A DNA stretch of 64,000 nt, from contig OX597814.1 of the NCBI GenBank assembly GCA_951406725.2, forward strand, positions 215,946,001-216,010,000, in the 5' to 3' direction. The first letter of the stretch is position 1, and each line of letters opens with the position of its first letter. Source of the DNA: Octopus vulgaris (Eukaryota). Shown here in pieces: positions 14,593 to 28,590 of the stretch. A program made the position numbers and the translations under genes. The notes below the pieces were generated by a model, which made no database searches, was not told the DNA's origin, and worked only from the letters and a program-made list of their open reading frames with translations.

Positions 14593-14943
14593 CATAAATT
14601 CCTCTATTTACATAATATCAAGGTCTCTTTCATTCTTTTGTTGTCTTACCATTTCTATCAAGATATATATATATATATATGTATATGTATATATATCTAA
14701 GTATGTTTTCTGTCTGTGTTTGTACACCCACCATCACCTGACAACTGATGTTGGTGTGTTTATGTCCCCAAAACTTAGCAGATCAACAAAAGAGACCAAT
14801 AGAATAAGTACAAAAATTTCTTTGACTAAAGGTGGTGCTCCAGCATGGTCATAGTCAAATGATTGAAAGGTGTAAAAGAACAAAAGAATAATAGAAAATT
14901 CAAGAAATCTTTTTCAGAACAAATCAAACTTGAAGAAACTTAC

Positions 14944-15116
14944 CAATTTCATTTTGGCAATACACAAGAAAAGTTCCAGGTTTTCTTCCAGGGAAGACAT
15001 GTACAATTTCTAATTTCCCTTCTCTTCCAAAAAATCAATTAACATTTTTTCCGACATGTCTTTGGGGCCATTTGACACAATCATTGCATTTTCTTGCCAG
15101 ACTAGATTTTCTGCAT
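14944..15116 (-). CDS. RRM-region exon of the PARP14/10-like gene, with an apparent 1-nt deletion
   Basis: Acceptor TTTTCAG, donor G|GTAAGT. Encodes DAENLVWQENAMIVSNGPKDMSEKMLIDFLEEKG, then in the shifted frame KLEIVHVFPGRKPGTFLVYCQNEI, which joins the 10207-10440 exon in phase 1. Length is 173 nt rather than 174. Confidence 0.7.
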
Positions 15117-15513
15117 CTGAAAATCAAAATAGCAGAAGAAATTTCAAAATATTGAGAATATAAAGTAATTATTTATGAGTGGAGGGCATGGTTGTATTGG
15201 TATTGAAGTGTAGAACCAGGTCAGAGACATTCTGACCATAAACTCCCTCAAGTGTCCTTCCTTCTTTAAGATGTTAGGTGGTACATGAAGAAGATTAAAC
15301 TGCCTTTTCTAGCAGATCAAGTCATCACTTAGAGGCCCCTTTCTTTGCTTGATAGCCGAGAAGATTATGAGGTTCCCTGTACAATTAATTGGTTTTAGTT
15401 CAATCCCACTGTCCAACAGCACCTTGAGCAAGTATCTTCTACCACAGCCTCAAGATGACCAGAGCCTTGTGACTGATATTTGGAAGAGAGAGACTGGACA
15501 TCACAGGATTTGT

Positions 15514-15552
<39 letters not shown>

Positions 15553-15719
15553 ATTGCCAAAAGGAGGAAGCAGTACTTAATGAAAAGCTTTATAACTAGC
15601 AGACCATTATGTAAATAGAGAAAGATTCTTCGGATTTGAGGTGACTTGTTGTCATTAAATATCAAGGCAACATCCCTGCTGATTAATATAGAATGCAATA
15701 ATTATGATGATGATGATGA

Positions 15720-16310
15720 TTTCTTTTATTTGCCACAAGTGAGGGGCATTACTCGGACATTTTACAATCTGTGTGTTTGGTGGGGGTCACATAAAGGATG
15801 AAGGGAAAGAAAACACCAATCAATGAACCCCACAGATCCAGGATCACCCTGAGCATGAAGGGCACGAGTCCTCACTCCACTGTTGCCCTCCACTCACCAG
15901 GTGCATGCCTAAAGGAGCTTCATTTACCCTAATCATTCTTACCAGTCAGCCACCTTCCCTCTCCACCCTCACTTTCTTTTCCACATGGAACTTTAAAAAA
16001 AAAAAGGGATCTGGGTTTAACTGAAGTGGAAGGTGTCTTTCCTTAATTTTTTTCGGCCTCGTCCACCACACAACCCCTTTCTCTAGGGAGAGAAACATCA
16101 TCTGCCCTGCTTTGTTATAGGTCAGTGATGGGGCAATCCTCAAAACAGACTCAACTCATAGCCAGATCCTTCCTACATGTGCCAACAGCTGTTCAACATG
16201 ACTCTGCAGATCAGAAATGCTTGGACACTGTACAAGGGCATCTCAGCCAGTCCCATCCATAGAGTTTATGCCAGCGCTGCTCCTCGGTAGCCAGACCAAG
16301 AATTTCTGGA
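15720..16310 (-). mobile_element. Tx1/L1-like LINE 3' fragment
   Basis: Resembles the 3' region of the 35476-37777 element (HALVQCPSISDLW-like zinc-binding segment, terminal GTGG..AATAAA). Confidence 0.5.
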
Positions 16311-16869
16311 AACTATTATTGTTCTTGTTGTTGCTGTTGTTTATCGTCAAGGCTAAACATATTCCAGAATGTTCTGTGGATTATTGACTTGCTTTTCATT
16401 GTAATAAGTCGCTTTTTCATTCCCTTCTTTCTGTTGTATAGTGTTTGGAGCAGACCATAAGAATCTGAGCGAAAGTCAGTGTTCTCTGCAATAAGTGGCA
16501 AAATTTCAAGAAGAAAGTAATTCTTTTCGAAATATTTATTCATACATTTAATATGGCAGAGTGTTTGTCGCTAAACCGAGACGTGGTTTTGGGTGGGGAA
16601 ATTTCCTTTCAATGTCAACCTCACGACTCTGGCTGATCTATCAAACATGGATAAAGCAGCAGAATCAAGAGGAACAACAACATCATCATCATCATCATCA
16701 TCTCAACCAAGACCAGCAAAAAGATAAAAGGAAAATAACCTGTAAACAGCACCTGTACCTCCACCACCACCATCACAAACACCAACCACAATAAAACAAC
16801 AAAAACGAACACGAAAAACAAAAAGCAAACTCTTTATCCATAATACATGCAAATTCAACCAGTGCCACA

Positions 16870-17800
16870 AGAAAATGGAAAGCTGTCAATGGATGATTTT
16901 TAAAAAATGCAAGAAGCAGGTTAAAAAGAAATGGAAGAAACTCTTAACACCCCAAAGACATCGAAGGCATAACAACAGGGGTAAAATGTCAGAAACTAGA
17001 ACAGGGGATACAACAACAAATCAACAAAAAGTGTCTACGACCAGCATGGAAGATGCATTGCAAAGGGGAAGTGACATGACACTGTAGAGGTGGGATTTGC
17101 CACAGAGGAAACGGTAAGGAAGCACTAAAAAGAATGAAGAACTAGTTCTCATACCTGGGCCATTGAGTAGCAAAAATTAAAAGTGGAGACATACCACCAG
17201 ACCTGGACATCTGATGGCTGTTGACAACTGTCCTCCAGGACATCGAGAACAAAATGCATACCTTGCAGGTGCAGAAACTGCAAAAGCAACACTGGTTGGA
17301 GCAATGCCAGGAGTTGTAGGTGCAGATGGATCAAGAAAGTCTATAAGTAATCCCCGACATTATAAATTTGTCAGATGGCATGTGGGTGTTGGGGACAGAA
17401 AGCTGAGGTGTCACCAGTGTGTGGATACAAATTACCTGAAGGCCCACAACAAAATAGAGACGAGAGATCACCACTTTTGCTGATACCAACACCATCACCA
17501 GCAGAAGCAAGTGACCACTACAGTTGCAAACACAACGGTAACAGCAGCATCTGCAACATCCAACAGTGGAAGCAAACAGAACAGAAAATACACCCATGTA
17601 AATGGCTTCCACATCCTAGACAGCAGCAAAAACAACCAGAATCCCCCAAAACAATGACTTTATCAACAGAACAAACAGCTAAAGACTCCCCAAGACATGC
17701 CCCTCCCATTTTTGGACTACTCAAACATGTCATGTGGTGAAAGGGACAGAAAAAGAGCTGAAATGGCACAAAGTTAGCTGGTCTAACAAAAGAGAAAAAG
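16870..17800 (+). mobile_element. Possible decayed LINE ORF1 (gag-like)
   Basis: Decayed CxxC knuckle (RCHQCVDTNYLKAH) followed by low-complexity T/P/Q-rich sequence. Weak. Confidence 0.25.
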
Positions 17801-18708
17801 GACAAAACCACACCGGCCCCCAACACAAAATGGTAAGATGTATGATCAAAAAGGGAGACGTCTTTCAGAACCATTTCACAAACTTCACCTGCAACAACAA
17901 CTACACTAGCACTGCCAACAACATTGTCACCCTATCATTACCTTGACCACCACCATCACTGACACACACTCAGACACACACCACCGTTACATGTAGAACC
18001 CAATTCAAATACATGACACTTTGGTCGCACATCCCAACACCAGCACAATTCCAACATCATTAACTTCAAAGCAATAAAGACAAACACTCAAGAACTCATG
18101 GAACACATATACAACCAGAACCACAAACTCTAAGACAGGGACATCGTCTGGTGAAAGTTTTAGTTTAGATCAAATTATTCACTCGTATGTGCCGGTGGTA
18201 CGTAAAAAGCACCCACTACACTCACGGAGTGGTTGGCATTAGGAAGGGCATCCAGCCGTAGAAACATTGCCAGATCAGACTGGGCCTAATGCAGCCTTCT
18301 GGCTTCCCAGACCCCAGATGAACCGTCCAACCCATGCTAGCATGGAAAGCGGACGCTAAACGATGATGATGCATGATGGATTTTCTTGGGAGAGTGCTTT
18401 TCAGAGTTTCACTTTCATTAGATCTGTGACTACTTTTTGGGTTTTGCTCAAATTCTTCACTTAAAATATGGAACCTATTCGGTGATAAAAATGGTTTAGA
18501 ATGTTCATGTGAGGAACTCATAACTTTTAGTCATCTTTCTAGGAGTAAACCATTTCTGGGTGGGTGATAGAAAGTGAATGACTTCTGTGGTTTACGTAGG
18601 CAATTGAAAAGCCTTTCCTTTCGGGAAAGGAACAAATTTATTAAGAATATAAGATAAATATTAACCACTAGCTTTAACTCCAAGAATTCTTAACACTGGA
18701 CTTTCTGA

Positions 18709-18987
18709 ATGTCATATCTTGAAAAAAACCGTCGTGAGAGAGTTAAGCCCTGTTCATTGTGTAACAACATGAGTGAAGGGAATTCCATCAGGAATCATAA
18801 CAGAAATGTTATGATTTATGCAGAAGGTGGGACATGTAGAGATTCAAATTTGGTGTACGTGGCAGAATGCATGAAACACAACTTGATTTATGTTGGTTGC
18901 ACAACAGAACAATTAAACAAAAGACTTAATGGGCACAGATATGATGTCAGGCACGATAACACTAGTTCAACAGAACTTGCCACATAA
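18709..18987 (+). mobile_element. Penelope-like GIY-YIG endonuclease fragment
   Basis: KPCSLC...TCRDSNLVYVAECMKHNLIYVGCTTEQLNKRLNGHRYD. Confidence 0.85.
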
Positions 18988-20011
18988 TAGCAATTTTATC
19001 AAAATTGACAATGTATTATAACCCCTAAATTTCTTTTGAAGAGTCAGAGAGTCATTTTCACATTTCTGCACTCAATTTGTTTGTTAGCTTCTTATTTAAA
19101 AAAAAATATATTCTTCTGACTAAATAGAAAGTCCTTTGTTATCTGGGAATGAAAACTTTAAAGAAATTCATTCTTTTGTTTTTTAAAATGTTTTTGACTC
19201 TTATTTTTGAATTACTTATATTCTACATGAATATAATTTTAACACAATTTCAGTGATTTAAAAATTTTTGGTTAATGAGTTGAGAAGAAAATAAAAAAAA
19301 TAAAAATAGATTATATAAAACTAAAAATAAGAGAAATGTTTTTAATCAGAACTATTGACTTGAATTGATAAAAGAATTGCATTAAAAAGCAAAAAAATAT
19401 TTAAAATCCCAAAAAAGTGCACGCCCACACACTATTTCATGAACAATTTCGGAAAATTATTTAGCAAATTTTAACTTCAGCAAAAATACTTTTTGTGTCT
19501 TTTTTTCTTCTTGTCCTTTATTTTTACAGATTCAATACATAAGAATATTCTAGCATTCTGCACCTGCACTTTTCATTCTAGTACATAGACACACACACAT
19601 ATATGTATATAAGAAAAATGTGTGTGCGTGTTTATATAGTTTTCTTGGCATTCCCTGGTGGTGGTCAATGACAGACACAGAGAAACAAACAGTGTCCTTT
19701 GTTTCCAATCTTCTACAGAAACATGTTTGGTATTAGAGGAATATTATCTTGCTTGGAAACAGGTGAAGGTTGGTGACAGGAGAGGCACCCAGCCGTAGAA
19801 AATTCTGCTTCAATGGATTCCATCTTATCTATGCAAGCAAAGGAAAAGGGGATGCAAAAATGATGATGATGAAAAACTGCTGCTGCTGATGATGATGATG
19901 GGTAAAGGTTTTATTGTTTTATTTCTGTAAATTTTCACAAGTATCATTTTTGAAAATTTAAGTCAAAAAGAGAAAATTTTACAAAACTATGATTAAAAAA
20001 TAAATAAATAC

Positions 20012-20046
20012 CTTTCTCTGCCATGATTTCAACATGTATTTTTGCT
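20012..20046 (-). CDS. Candidate small exon carrying the start codon (MAEK) of the PARP14/10-like gene
   Basis: Acceptor TTTTCATTTTGCAG, donor AAG|GTATTT. ATG GCA GAG AAA G ends in phase 1, compatible with the exon at 15116. Confidence 0.45.
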
Positions 20047-21599
20047 CTGCAAAATGAAAAGAAAATAATTAGGAAAAAGCATCGTTAAGGCATTGAATAC
20101 ATCATTTGTACTCAAAGTTGGTTTTCACTCCCTCTCTCTCATATTCTTTCTCTTTCTCACAGTTAAGGGAGAGACGAAAATCCTTCCCCTAGTTATTTCA
20201 AACAACATGTTAACACCTCCAATATCCGCCTGCATCCAATTCTTCAAGTGGTTCACTCACATCAGCATTTGGCTACCGTGACACCCTTTCTACAGCAGCT
20301 TTTCTTTTCAGGTTTCTGTTGATGCTAGGTGGGCCACATACATACTGACACACTTCACAGAGATTCACAAAATGAAACTTGAAATTTGGAAAAACATTGT
20401 GATGTGCCTCAAGGGAGGGGAGGTGAGTCAAAAGGGGGTGTTTTTAATGCAGTTTTGAGTTAGAGATGAAAGATATTTTTGTTACAAATGCTTACTTACC
20501 CAACAAAAACTACATCAGCTATGCAAAAGGCCTTCCATAAATGCATTGAAAACGTTATAATGTAATCTGACTGCTATTTCAGAAAATTATTGTTGTCGTC
20601 TTTGAGCATGTAAAAGACAAATTTGGCTGGGGCAAAATGAGTAAGACAAGATAATATAAATGTGTTGCTTCAGTTCTTCAGAAAACAGACGCATACAGAT
20701 ATCCATCTGAAAACGTCAGAAACATTCAGACATGCCAAAAGAATAACATTTAAAAATCTAAATCAAATGAAAGAGGATCAGGGAAAAAATGGCACATGAT
20801 ATGAAATTCGACTAAATATAAGAAAACCCAACATAAAATCTTCTTCTTCTTCTTCTTCACGATCTGCTGGAATTTTCTGTTTGTGATTCATTTACCCACC
20901 ATGCAGTTAAAGAGAAGAAATTACTGAAATTAGTCATTACTCGTTGTAACTTTTGGGAAACTTGAAGATTATCAAATTAGACATTAGTGTGAGGAAAAAT
21001 TGACTTGGAATCCAGCAGAGAAATCAATATTGATTGTTTAGCATGAAAAATTATCCAGATATTTTATTAGCAACCTCAATTACAATTGGGTCAAAGTGGA
21101 AGAGAAATTTCTTGACAAAGAAAAAAAGGGGACCTGCCCCATGACTATGCTTTGTACTTCCACAACTTCAACAGCAACAACCAGTTTGTATCCCCAAGTA
21201 TAATGTAGCAATACAAAATGGTGATGCAATGCTTACAAAGTAAGGGATTTCACACAGGGAAGAAAATAACGAAGAATCAGAAGTTACTCATTTTGCCCCG
21301 TTTACTAATTTTCAAACCTACTGCCATTAATATGTGTGCACCCACCATGTATTTTTATGGCAGACCTGGTGCACAGTTACCACCCCCCAAAACCAACCTT
21401 TCTGTTTATTTTTATTTGCACAGGATTCCTGTTTTCGATGATGGAGATTCCGAACAAGCAAACAACTACACTTTTTTAAAGTAAAGATAAACGCTACACC
21501 TGTTAAAACCATGAAATTTGGCAAAGGTAAAGAATGTGTACACCACCCATTTTTGGTGTGTTCTTTTTTTTCAAAAACTCTTTTGAATTTCTGCTTTCA

Positions 21600-22779
21600 A
21601 TATGCACCAAATGTATACTATGGACGCATAAGAGGTGCAGCAGTGTCAAAGGAAAGCTAACTTGGAAAATAGTTTTTGTATGTGGCAGATGATCAGGAGC
21701 AATAAGCACTAAAAATGTGCAGAGACCAACCTCTGCCACATTCCAGGGAGAAAAACTAGAAATAGTTGATAGCTTCCGTTACCTAGGTGACCAAGTCAGT
21801 AGTGGGGGCAGGTGTGCTGAAAGTGTAACTGCTAGAGTAAGAATAGCTTGGGCAAAGTTCAGAGAGCTCTTACCTCTGCTGGTGACAAAAGGCCTCTCGC
21901 TCAGAGTAAAAGGCAGACTGTATGATGCATGTGTTCGAATAGCCATGCTACATGGCAGTGAAACATAGGCCATGACTGCTGAGGATATGCGTAAGCTCGC
22001 AAGAAATGAAGCCAGTATGCTCCGATGGATGTCTAATGTCAGTGTTCATACTCGACAGAGTGTAAGTACCTTGAGAGAAAAGTTGGGCCTAAGAAGCATC
22101 AGTTGTGGTGTGCAAGAGAGACATTTGCGCTGGTATGGTCATGTGACGAGAATGGATGAAGATAGTTGTGTGAAAAAGTGCCACATCCTAGCGGTGAGGG
22201 AACCTGTGGAAGAGGTAGACTCAGGAAAACCTGGGACGAGGTGGTTAAGCACAACCTTCGAACTTTAGGTCTCACTGAGGAAATGACTAGAGGCCGAGAC
22301 CTATGGAAGTATGCTGTGCGTGAGAAGACCCAGCAGGACTATTGAGACCATAACCCATGGTCTTTACCTGGGATCAAAACTCTACTTGTGAAGACATGTT
22401 GAGGCAAGTGAGAGATCAGAATCAAAATCGAAAGCGATCAACATCAATGGGAATTGTAGCTGTGATACCAGTGCCAGGGGCACATAAGAGATCTATCTGA
22501 ATGTGGCCATTGCCAGCCTGGCCTGGCCTCCGTGCCGGTGGCACGTAAAAAGCACCATCCGATCATGGCCGTTTGCCAGCCTCGTCTGGCACCTGTGTCG
22601 GTGGCACGTAAAAAGCACCCACTACACTCATGGAGTGGTTGGCGTTAGGAAGGGCATCTAGGTGTAGAAACATTGCCAGATCAAGATTGGAGACTGGTGC
22701 AGCCTTCTGGCTTCCCAGACCCCAGTTGAACCGTCCAACCCATGCTAGCATGGAAAGCAGATGCTAAACGATGATGATG
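21600..22779 (+). mobile_element. 5'-truncated RTE-like LINE (RT thumb region plus 3' UTR)
   Basis: EIVDSFRYLG...RIAWAKFREL...KGRLYDACVRIAMLHGSET*...LRWYGHVTRM, with a (GAT)n tail. Confidence 0.9.
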
Positions 22780-24057
22780 AATATAGGGGAATACAGTTCT
22801 GTCAAAAACTCCTGTTTTCAAAATTTTGATTTTCCCCCCACCTCTGCCCCAATTTCTTAATTTTAAATTTGTTTTTAAATATTGTTTTTTTTTCAATTCA
22901 TTGTGTTTTTCTTTAAGAAACACACCATGCCCCTTCCCCCACCTCACCCACCCATCACCTCCCTGCTTTCAAAAAACTAAAAACTCAGAATGTTTCACTT
23001 TCGTCTGATGTTTCCCACATGCATAGAATTCTACTGAAATAGCAGACGTCAAAAATATCAGACCACCACCAGGAATCCCAACGTGCTAGAAACAACAGCT
23101 AAACGACATTATTTCTAGAAAAACTTCCCTGCTTTCAAAAAAGCTAACAGTAAAACATTCGGAAGTGATGGGTGCAGGTTGGGGGAGGGAATTTGAGTTT
23201 CTTTAAGAAAAACTGAAAATAAAAAATTTGTAAAGGTACGTAATCTCTATTTTTCTATGTGGCTTTAAAAAAAATAACTTTGAAAAAAAGTTAAAAATTC
23301 AAAATTGGGGTGGTGGTTAAGGTTATCAACATTTTGAAAACGTATTTTGCAGACAAAATCCTAATCTCCTCTATGGAAGACAGGAACCCAAAGAATTTCT
23401 GGTAAAAAATAATGAGGGGAAGATAAAGTTTCTAAATACACTCATCACAAATACAAATTGCAACATAAAAAAAAACAGGAAATTTCAATTAAAGTTGAGC
23501 TGTAATTTTATAAGTCATACTGAAATTTTACAAAATTCCATTTATTAAATCTACAAAAATTTATTTATTTGAGCAGTTCAATAAATAATTTTTTCCAAAA
23601 CATTATTTCCAAATTCATTAGAAGATAATTAAAGAAAAAAAAAACTATCAATAAAACAAAAAAGATTTGACCTTTATTTGTAGCTATTCCGAAAGACCAT
23701 CTTCTCCTTTTTCAAGAGTCGCATGTCTAAGTGAAAATGAGTGGAGCCCTTTCAATGACAAACATTAAGCAGACGCAATGTTACAAGAAAAAAATTGATT
23801 TCAATTGGAGTTGAACTGCTTTTTTCTCCCTTTCAACATCAAATTTACACATCTATGTCAATTTTAATCCTTTCTACTGTAAACACAAGGCCTGAAAATC
23901 TGGGGGAGAGGATGAGTTGAGTACATTCTCCACAGTACTCAACTGGTACTTATTTTATCGACCCCGAAAGGATGGAAAGGCAAAGTTGACCTTGATGGAA
24001 TTTGACCGCAGAATGTAAAGACTAAAGATATATATATATATATAGATGTGTGTGTAT

Positions 24058-27000
24058 CAGTGGCGTGCGTTGACTCCCGGCGTTGGGCATGCAATTAATT
24101 TCATTGCCCCCCCTTCCGGCAATTTTTCAGTAAAGCATTTTCGTATCCCTACGATTTACATATAAGAGATTCTGAATATGCAGAATAAACAGGGAATAAA
24201 AAATGGCTGTGCAGAGATGATCCTGAAATAAGTGTATTGTTTGTATTATTCTTTGCTCTTCGAAACGTCAGTACTTTCCCATCCTCATTCTCCCTTAGAA
24301 AAGTCTAAAAATCATAAGTGAAATGTAATGAAGATGAAATTGGATTCTGTCAATATTTTTGCATATTCAAAATCTCTGTTAAAGGTAGGAATCCGAAAAA
24401 ATTTTTCACATAAATTCGTTTTTCAAAGGGGTGCGATTCTGCATTAGCCTCTATACCTATCGGTTGAGCTGAATGAAATGATTTAATTAAAAGAACACAT
24501 TTAGTTACATTATATGGCCATGGTTTTAGATCGTTACTCTCTCGAAGACAAGTCAGGTGCTTTATCATGCTACTTGTCAATTCCGGGAAAATTATTGACT
24601 GTTCTGAGACTTACTGAACATTAAAGGACTACGTGTCACGCACACACATTGAAAATACACGCATATACATGAATGCGCACACAATGAAAGATAGAGAAAA
24701 TTCAACATTGTAAAAAGCCTCCCAAAACTGTTGTGGCAGAAGTCAACATCTCTGAGATTGAAACAAGACACTTATTGAAAGTGAAACAAAACACTTATTT
24801 ACGGCCGTAAATAGACTACACCCAGCAGCACAGAAAGGGAAATCTATGTAGGTTAGGTTTCACGAAGAAATCAAAACATTTCTCCTGCGAAACAATACTG
24901 ATGTAAGAAGGTCGAACCTTACGTTATAACAAACACTAAGCAAAACCTGTAATATATGCTCTTTAATATATTATTTTTTTTAATGTTTTAAAATGTTACT
25001 AAGCTCATTTATAAATTAATTCAATTCTTCGATCTTTCTGGGCAAATATATCTATCACATTTTCATAGAAATCTTCTCTTTTCATCAATTCTTGTAATAA
25101 ATCTTTTTCAATTGACATTAGTGCTAACCCAGACAGTCTTCTTTCTCCTGTCGCATTTCTTTGGTATGTTTTAATTCTACTTAATGCAGAAAATGATCGC
25201 TCTATAGACGGAATTGTCAAAATCAACTTGCACAGATTGAAGAGTTCTGGCATAGCTTCAACAAGATCAGTGCTGTTAATGTAACTCATTAAATGACTTA
25301 CACTTGGTTTTTTAAAATCTTTCATTGAATACATCACATTGAGCTCACTTTGTAATCGTATTACATCAAAAAATCTGCCATAAGTTGTTCTTAAAGAATC
25401 TAAAGAGTCCACAGGAAATTGTTTGCAATACTCATCAACTTTGTTGAAATTCAAAAGTTCCATGAATTTAAACTCTTCTAAGGATGAATATCGTGCTTTT
25501 ATTTGGTCAACTATTGTACTTATAATTTTGTTATAAAGCGTTCTATAATGTCGTTGGGGATCAATAGATATATTCTTGGATCTCTGAATTCCGATTCCTG
25601 CATCGACTCCATATTTTTCCCCTAACCTATCATAAAAGACTGAAAAATTATCAAGTTTGTTTTCGAGTACAGTTCTAGTTTTATCTATTTGATCTTTACA
25701 ATACACTATGTCATGACTTTTACTCTGGAGTATGTTAAATAAGATATCAGTAAAAGAAAAAATGTCACTGAATACCTCTAACAAAAATAAGAAATCAGGA
25801 GCTTTTAAAGTGTGTAAGAATCCAATTGCTGAATTTATGGTGGTATCATCCCATGCTTCAGGATTTTCAATGATGTGTTCAAAAAGGCTGATTATGAAAT
25901 TATAATTTTCCTTTGTGGTAATAATAAGATGTGAGGAGTAATTCCATCTAGTTGCTGTTGCTTTCAGAAATCTTTTTTTAACAATGTTATCTAATGCATT
26001 AGCCCTTTTCGGTGATTTCGTAAAAAATGTACCGAGTCCGTTTATTGTAGCAAAAAATATCTTGCATTCTTTCATAGCAGAGCATGATTGTGAAAGAACT
26101 AAATTTAGGATATGGGCACAACAATGAATAAAGATCGCACATTCATATTTCTTACTTTTGCCTGTAACCCATTTAGTTGTCCTGCCATTGTAGCGGCACC
26201 ATCATATGTCTGCGCAATCAATTTGTTTCCACATTCCCACGTCTCAATGCATTTAAAAACATGTTCAGATAAAGCATTTGCAGATCGATCTGCACTAACA
26301 TCACTAAAACCGATAAATCGTTCTTTCGTCACACAGTCTTCTGTAACATAACGTAAAACTGTTGACAGTTGTGAAGATGCTGAGACATCAGATGTCTCAT
26401 CAACAAGAATAGAAACAAACTTAGCTTGGTCAATTTCCTTCTGCATCTCATTCAACATAATTTTATGAATTGCTTCAATCAAGTCATTTTGAATTCTGTT
26501 CGACAGACCAGTGAAGATAGAAGCTGTATCTAAATGACTTTCCATTTGTTTGTCATATTTACTGAACAAATAAACGAGTTCTTTATAATTTCCCCGATTA
26601 TTAGAGCCTTCAGATTCAAAATGACCCCGAAACGATAATTCCTGGTGGCCTAAAAAAATAACAACATCAATCAATCGTTGCAGAATGGATCTGTTTCGTC
26701 GAACTTTCTCATTATGCTGTTGTATGCTTTGATTTTTACGTGCATCTAATTGTAAGTCTATGCGAACATTCCCGAATATTTTAAGGTCTATCAAACATTT
26801 TATTTGCCTTTGAGAACGCTCGTGCTTTAGCATAGCCATATGTAAATTATTTAAATCATCATAGCCTTTATCATTCCAAACGTTTTTTTCTAAGCCAAAA
26901 AGTAAACACGGCCAACAGAATAATTTATTAAGAGCAACACTTCCAGTTAACCATTTCTTCTTTTCATATGAATTAACCTGAAATTGTTTCGTGAATTTCT

Positions 27001-27837
27001 TGTTGTAGCTTCGCAAATTAGGTAAATTCAGTGTTGGTCTCCCACGATTTATAATTAATTTTTTCCCATCGAAGTCCCTTTTAGAAAAACTAGTTCTCAA
27101 AATATCGTTTATAACACACATTTCAGTCATTTTGAAAAAGGCTGCTCTTATTTAAGGACCCACGTGGAAGCGCCGGCGTAAATTTTAAGTCAATTTCAAC
27201 AAAACGGAAAAATACCCTTTGTTAAATTAATTTAAGATTAATTAGCTATTTCTGAAATAAGAAATATAATATAGATATTTTTGCTTTCAAAACTTTCTAA
27301 AAATATGATAGTGCTAACGGATGTTTTGGATAAAAGATTTCAAACTTACATGCGAAGGCTATTCCAACATTTCAGCTGGCTAACTCTAGAATTATGGGAC
27401 AGCTCTTGTTCCAGTCAAAATAGCCAGAGAGGCGTGATATGCGGTCTTAGCACAGCATGACACGCCAAACTGAATTTGTTGAATCACTGAGAGAGAAGGG
27501 GGTGACCATTTCTCCTAGCATATCTTTTAAACAAGTCACTAAGAGAGAGAGGAAGAAGGGACAAACTACCAAAGACAGAGAGAAGGGGGTCTCATGCGAT
27601 CTTCCCAACGCATGACAAGCGATAAATTTATCGAGTCACTAAAATAGAGAGAGAGAGGAAGGAAGGACAAACTAATACAGACAGAGAGGGAGTGTGTATC
27701 ATGCGATCTTCTAAAAGCATTTATCAAAGCAGATGTACGAAGGGGAGACAATATTTCTAAAACAACTGGACGTATTTTCTTTGAAACAAAGAAGGCATGC
27801 AGCGCATACCTTGCATTGCTGAGAGTGCACGCCCCTG
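24058..27837 (-). mobile_element. Full-length hAT DNA transposon (3780 bp)
   Basis: TIRs CAGTGGCGTGC / GCACGCCCCTG. Perfect 8-bp TSD GTGTGTAT at 24050-24057 and 27838-27845. Internal transposase. Confidence 0.93.
25005..27130 (-). pseudogene. Frameshifted hAT transposase (TTF-type Zn finger, DUF4371, hAT dimerisation; ZMYM1-like)
   Basis: Split ORFs 26105-27130 and 25005-26075. The frameshift near 26150 lies just upstream of the canonical KYECAIFIHCCAHILNL motif. Confidence 0.9.
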
Positions 27838-28590
27838 GTGTGTATGTATATATGTGTGTGTGTATATATATATATATGCATATCTAAAAATCATTAAATT
27901 CAAAGATAAAAACAAATTAATTAATAAAAGATCTGAATTTAAACCATCTTGTATGCATAAATTAACTAAAACCTTCAAACATTATAAGGCTTAAAGTTCA
28001 TAATCCTTAATTCTCCACTGTAATACCTTCATAGTCATTTACAACATAGTTATCTCCAGCATTTCTCAATTATTTTTTCCATATAATCTCTGCTTCTGTA
28101 CTTTGATGTTGTGATTTTTCTTATTTAATGTATCTCTCTCACCTTTATTATTTTTCTTATGATTTTTCTCTAATTTTTCCTTTCCTATTTCTTGCCTATG
28201 TTCTCCTAATTTCCTTTTTCTTATTATATTTTCTTTTTTCCTATCTTTTTCCTATCCTTTCTGGGATTTTTCTGATTTTACTTTGTTGGTGGGAGGGGGC
28301 ACAAAAGGACGAAGACAAGAGAGAGGGGGGAAAGAAAGGAAAAAATAAAGAAAGAGGGAAAGAAAGAAAGAAAGGAAGAAAAGAAAGAAAGAAGGAAAGA
28401 GAGAAAGAAAACATGTAAACAAAAACCCATGTATCATGTTACGGCCTTCTAACGCCGCACCCAAGAAATCAAAATGAAAGCAATAAAATTAAGATTGAAA
28501 ACGAATCATTGTAAAAAGATGATGTAACATGTAAATATATTTCTGTAATCAACAAACATTACAGAGTAACCTTTTACTAAAGCGGCTTCA

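Noticed and set aside
20500-20706. Possible coding exon (AG...GTAAGT) of the PARP gene
   Set aside because: Stops in all three frames. At most a UTR exon, and it overlaps a probable transposon relic.
23672-23726. Possible small minus-strand exon
   Set aside because: Weak donor (GTCAAA), stops in the two frames checked, and no homology cue.
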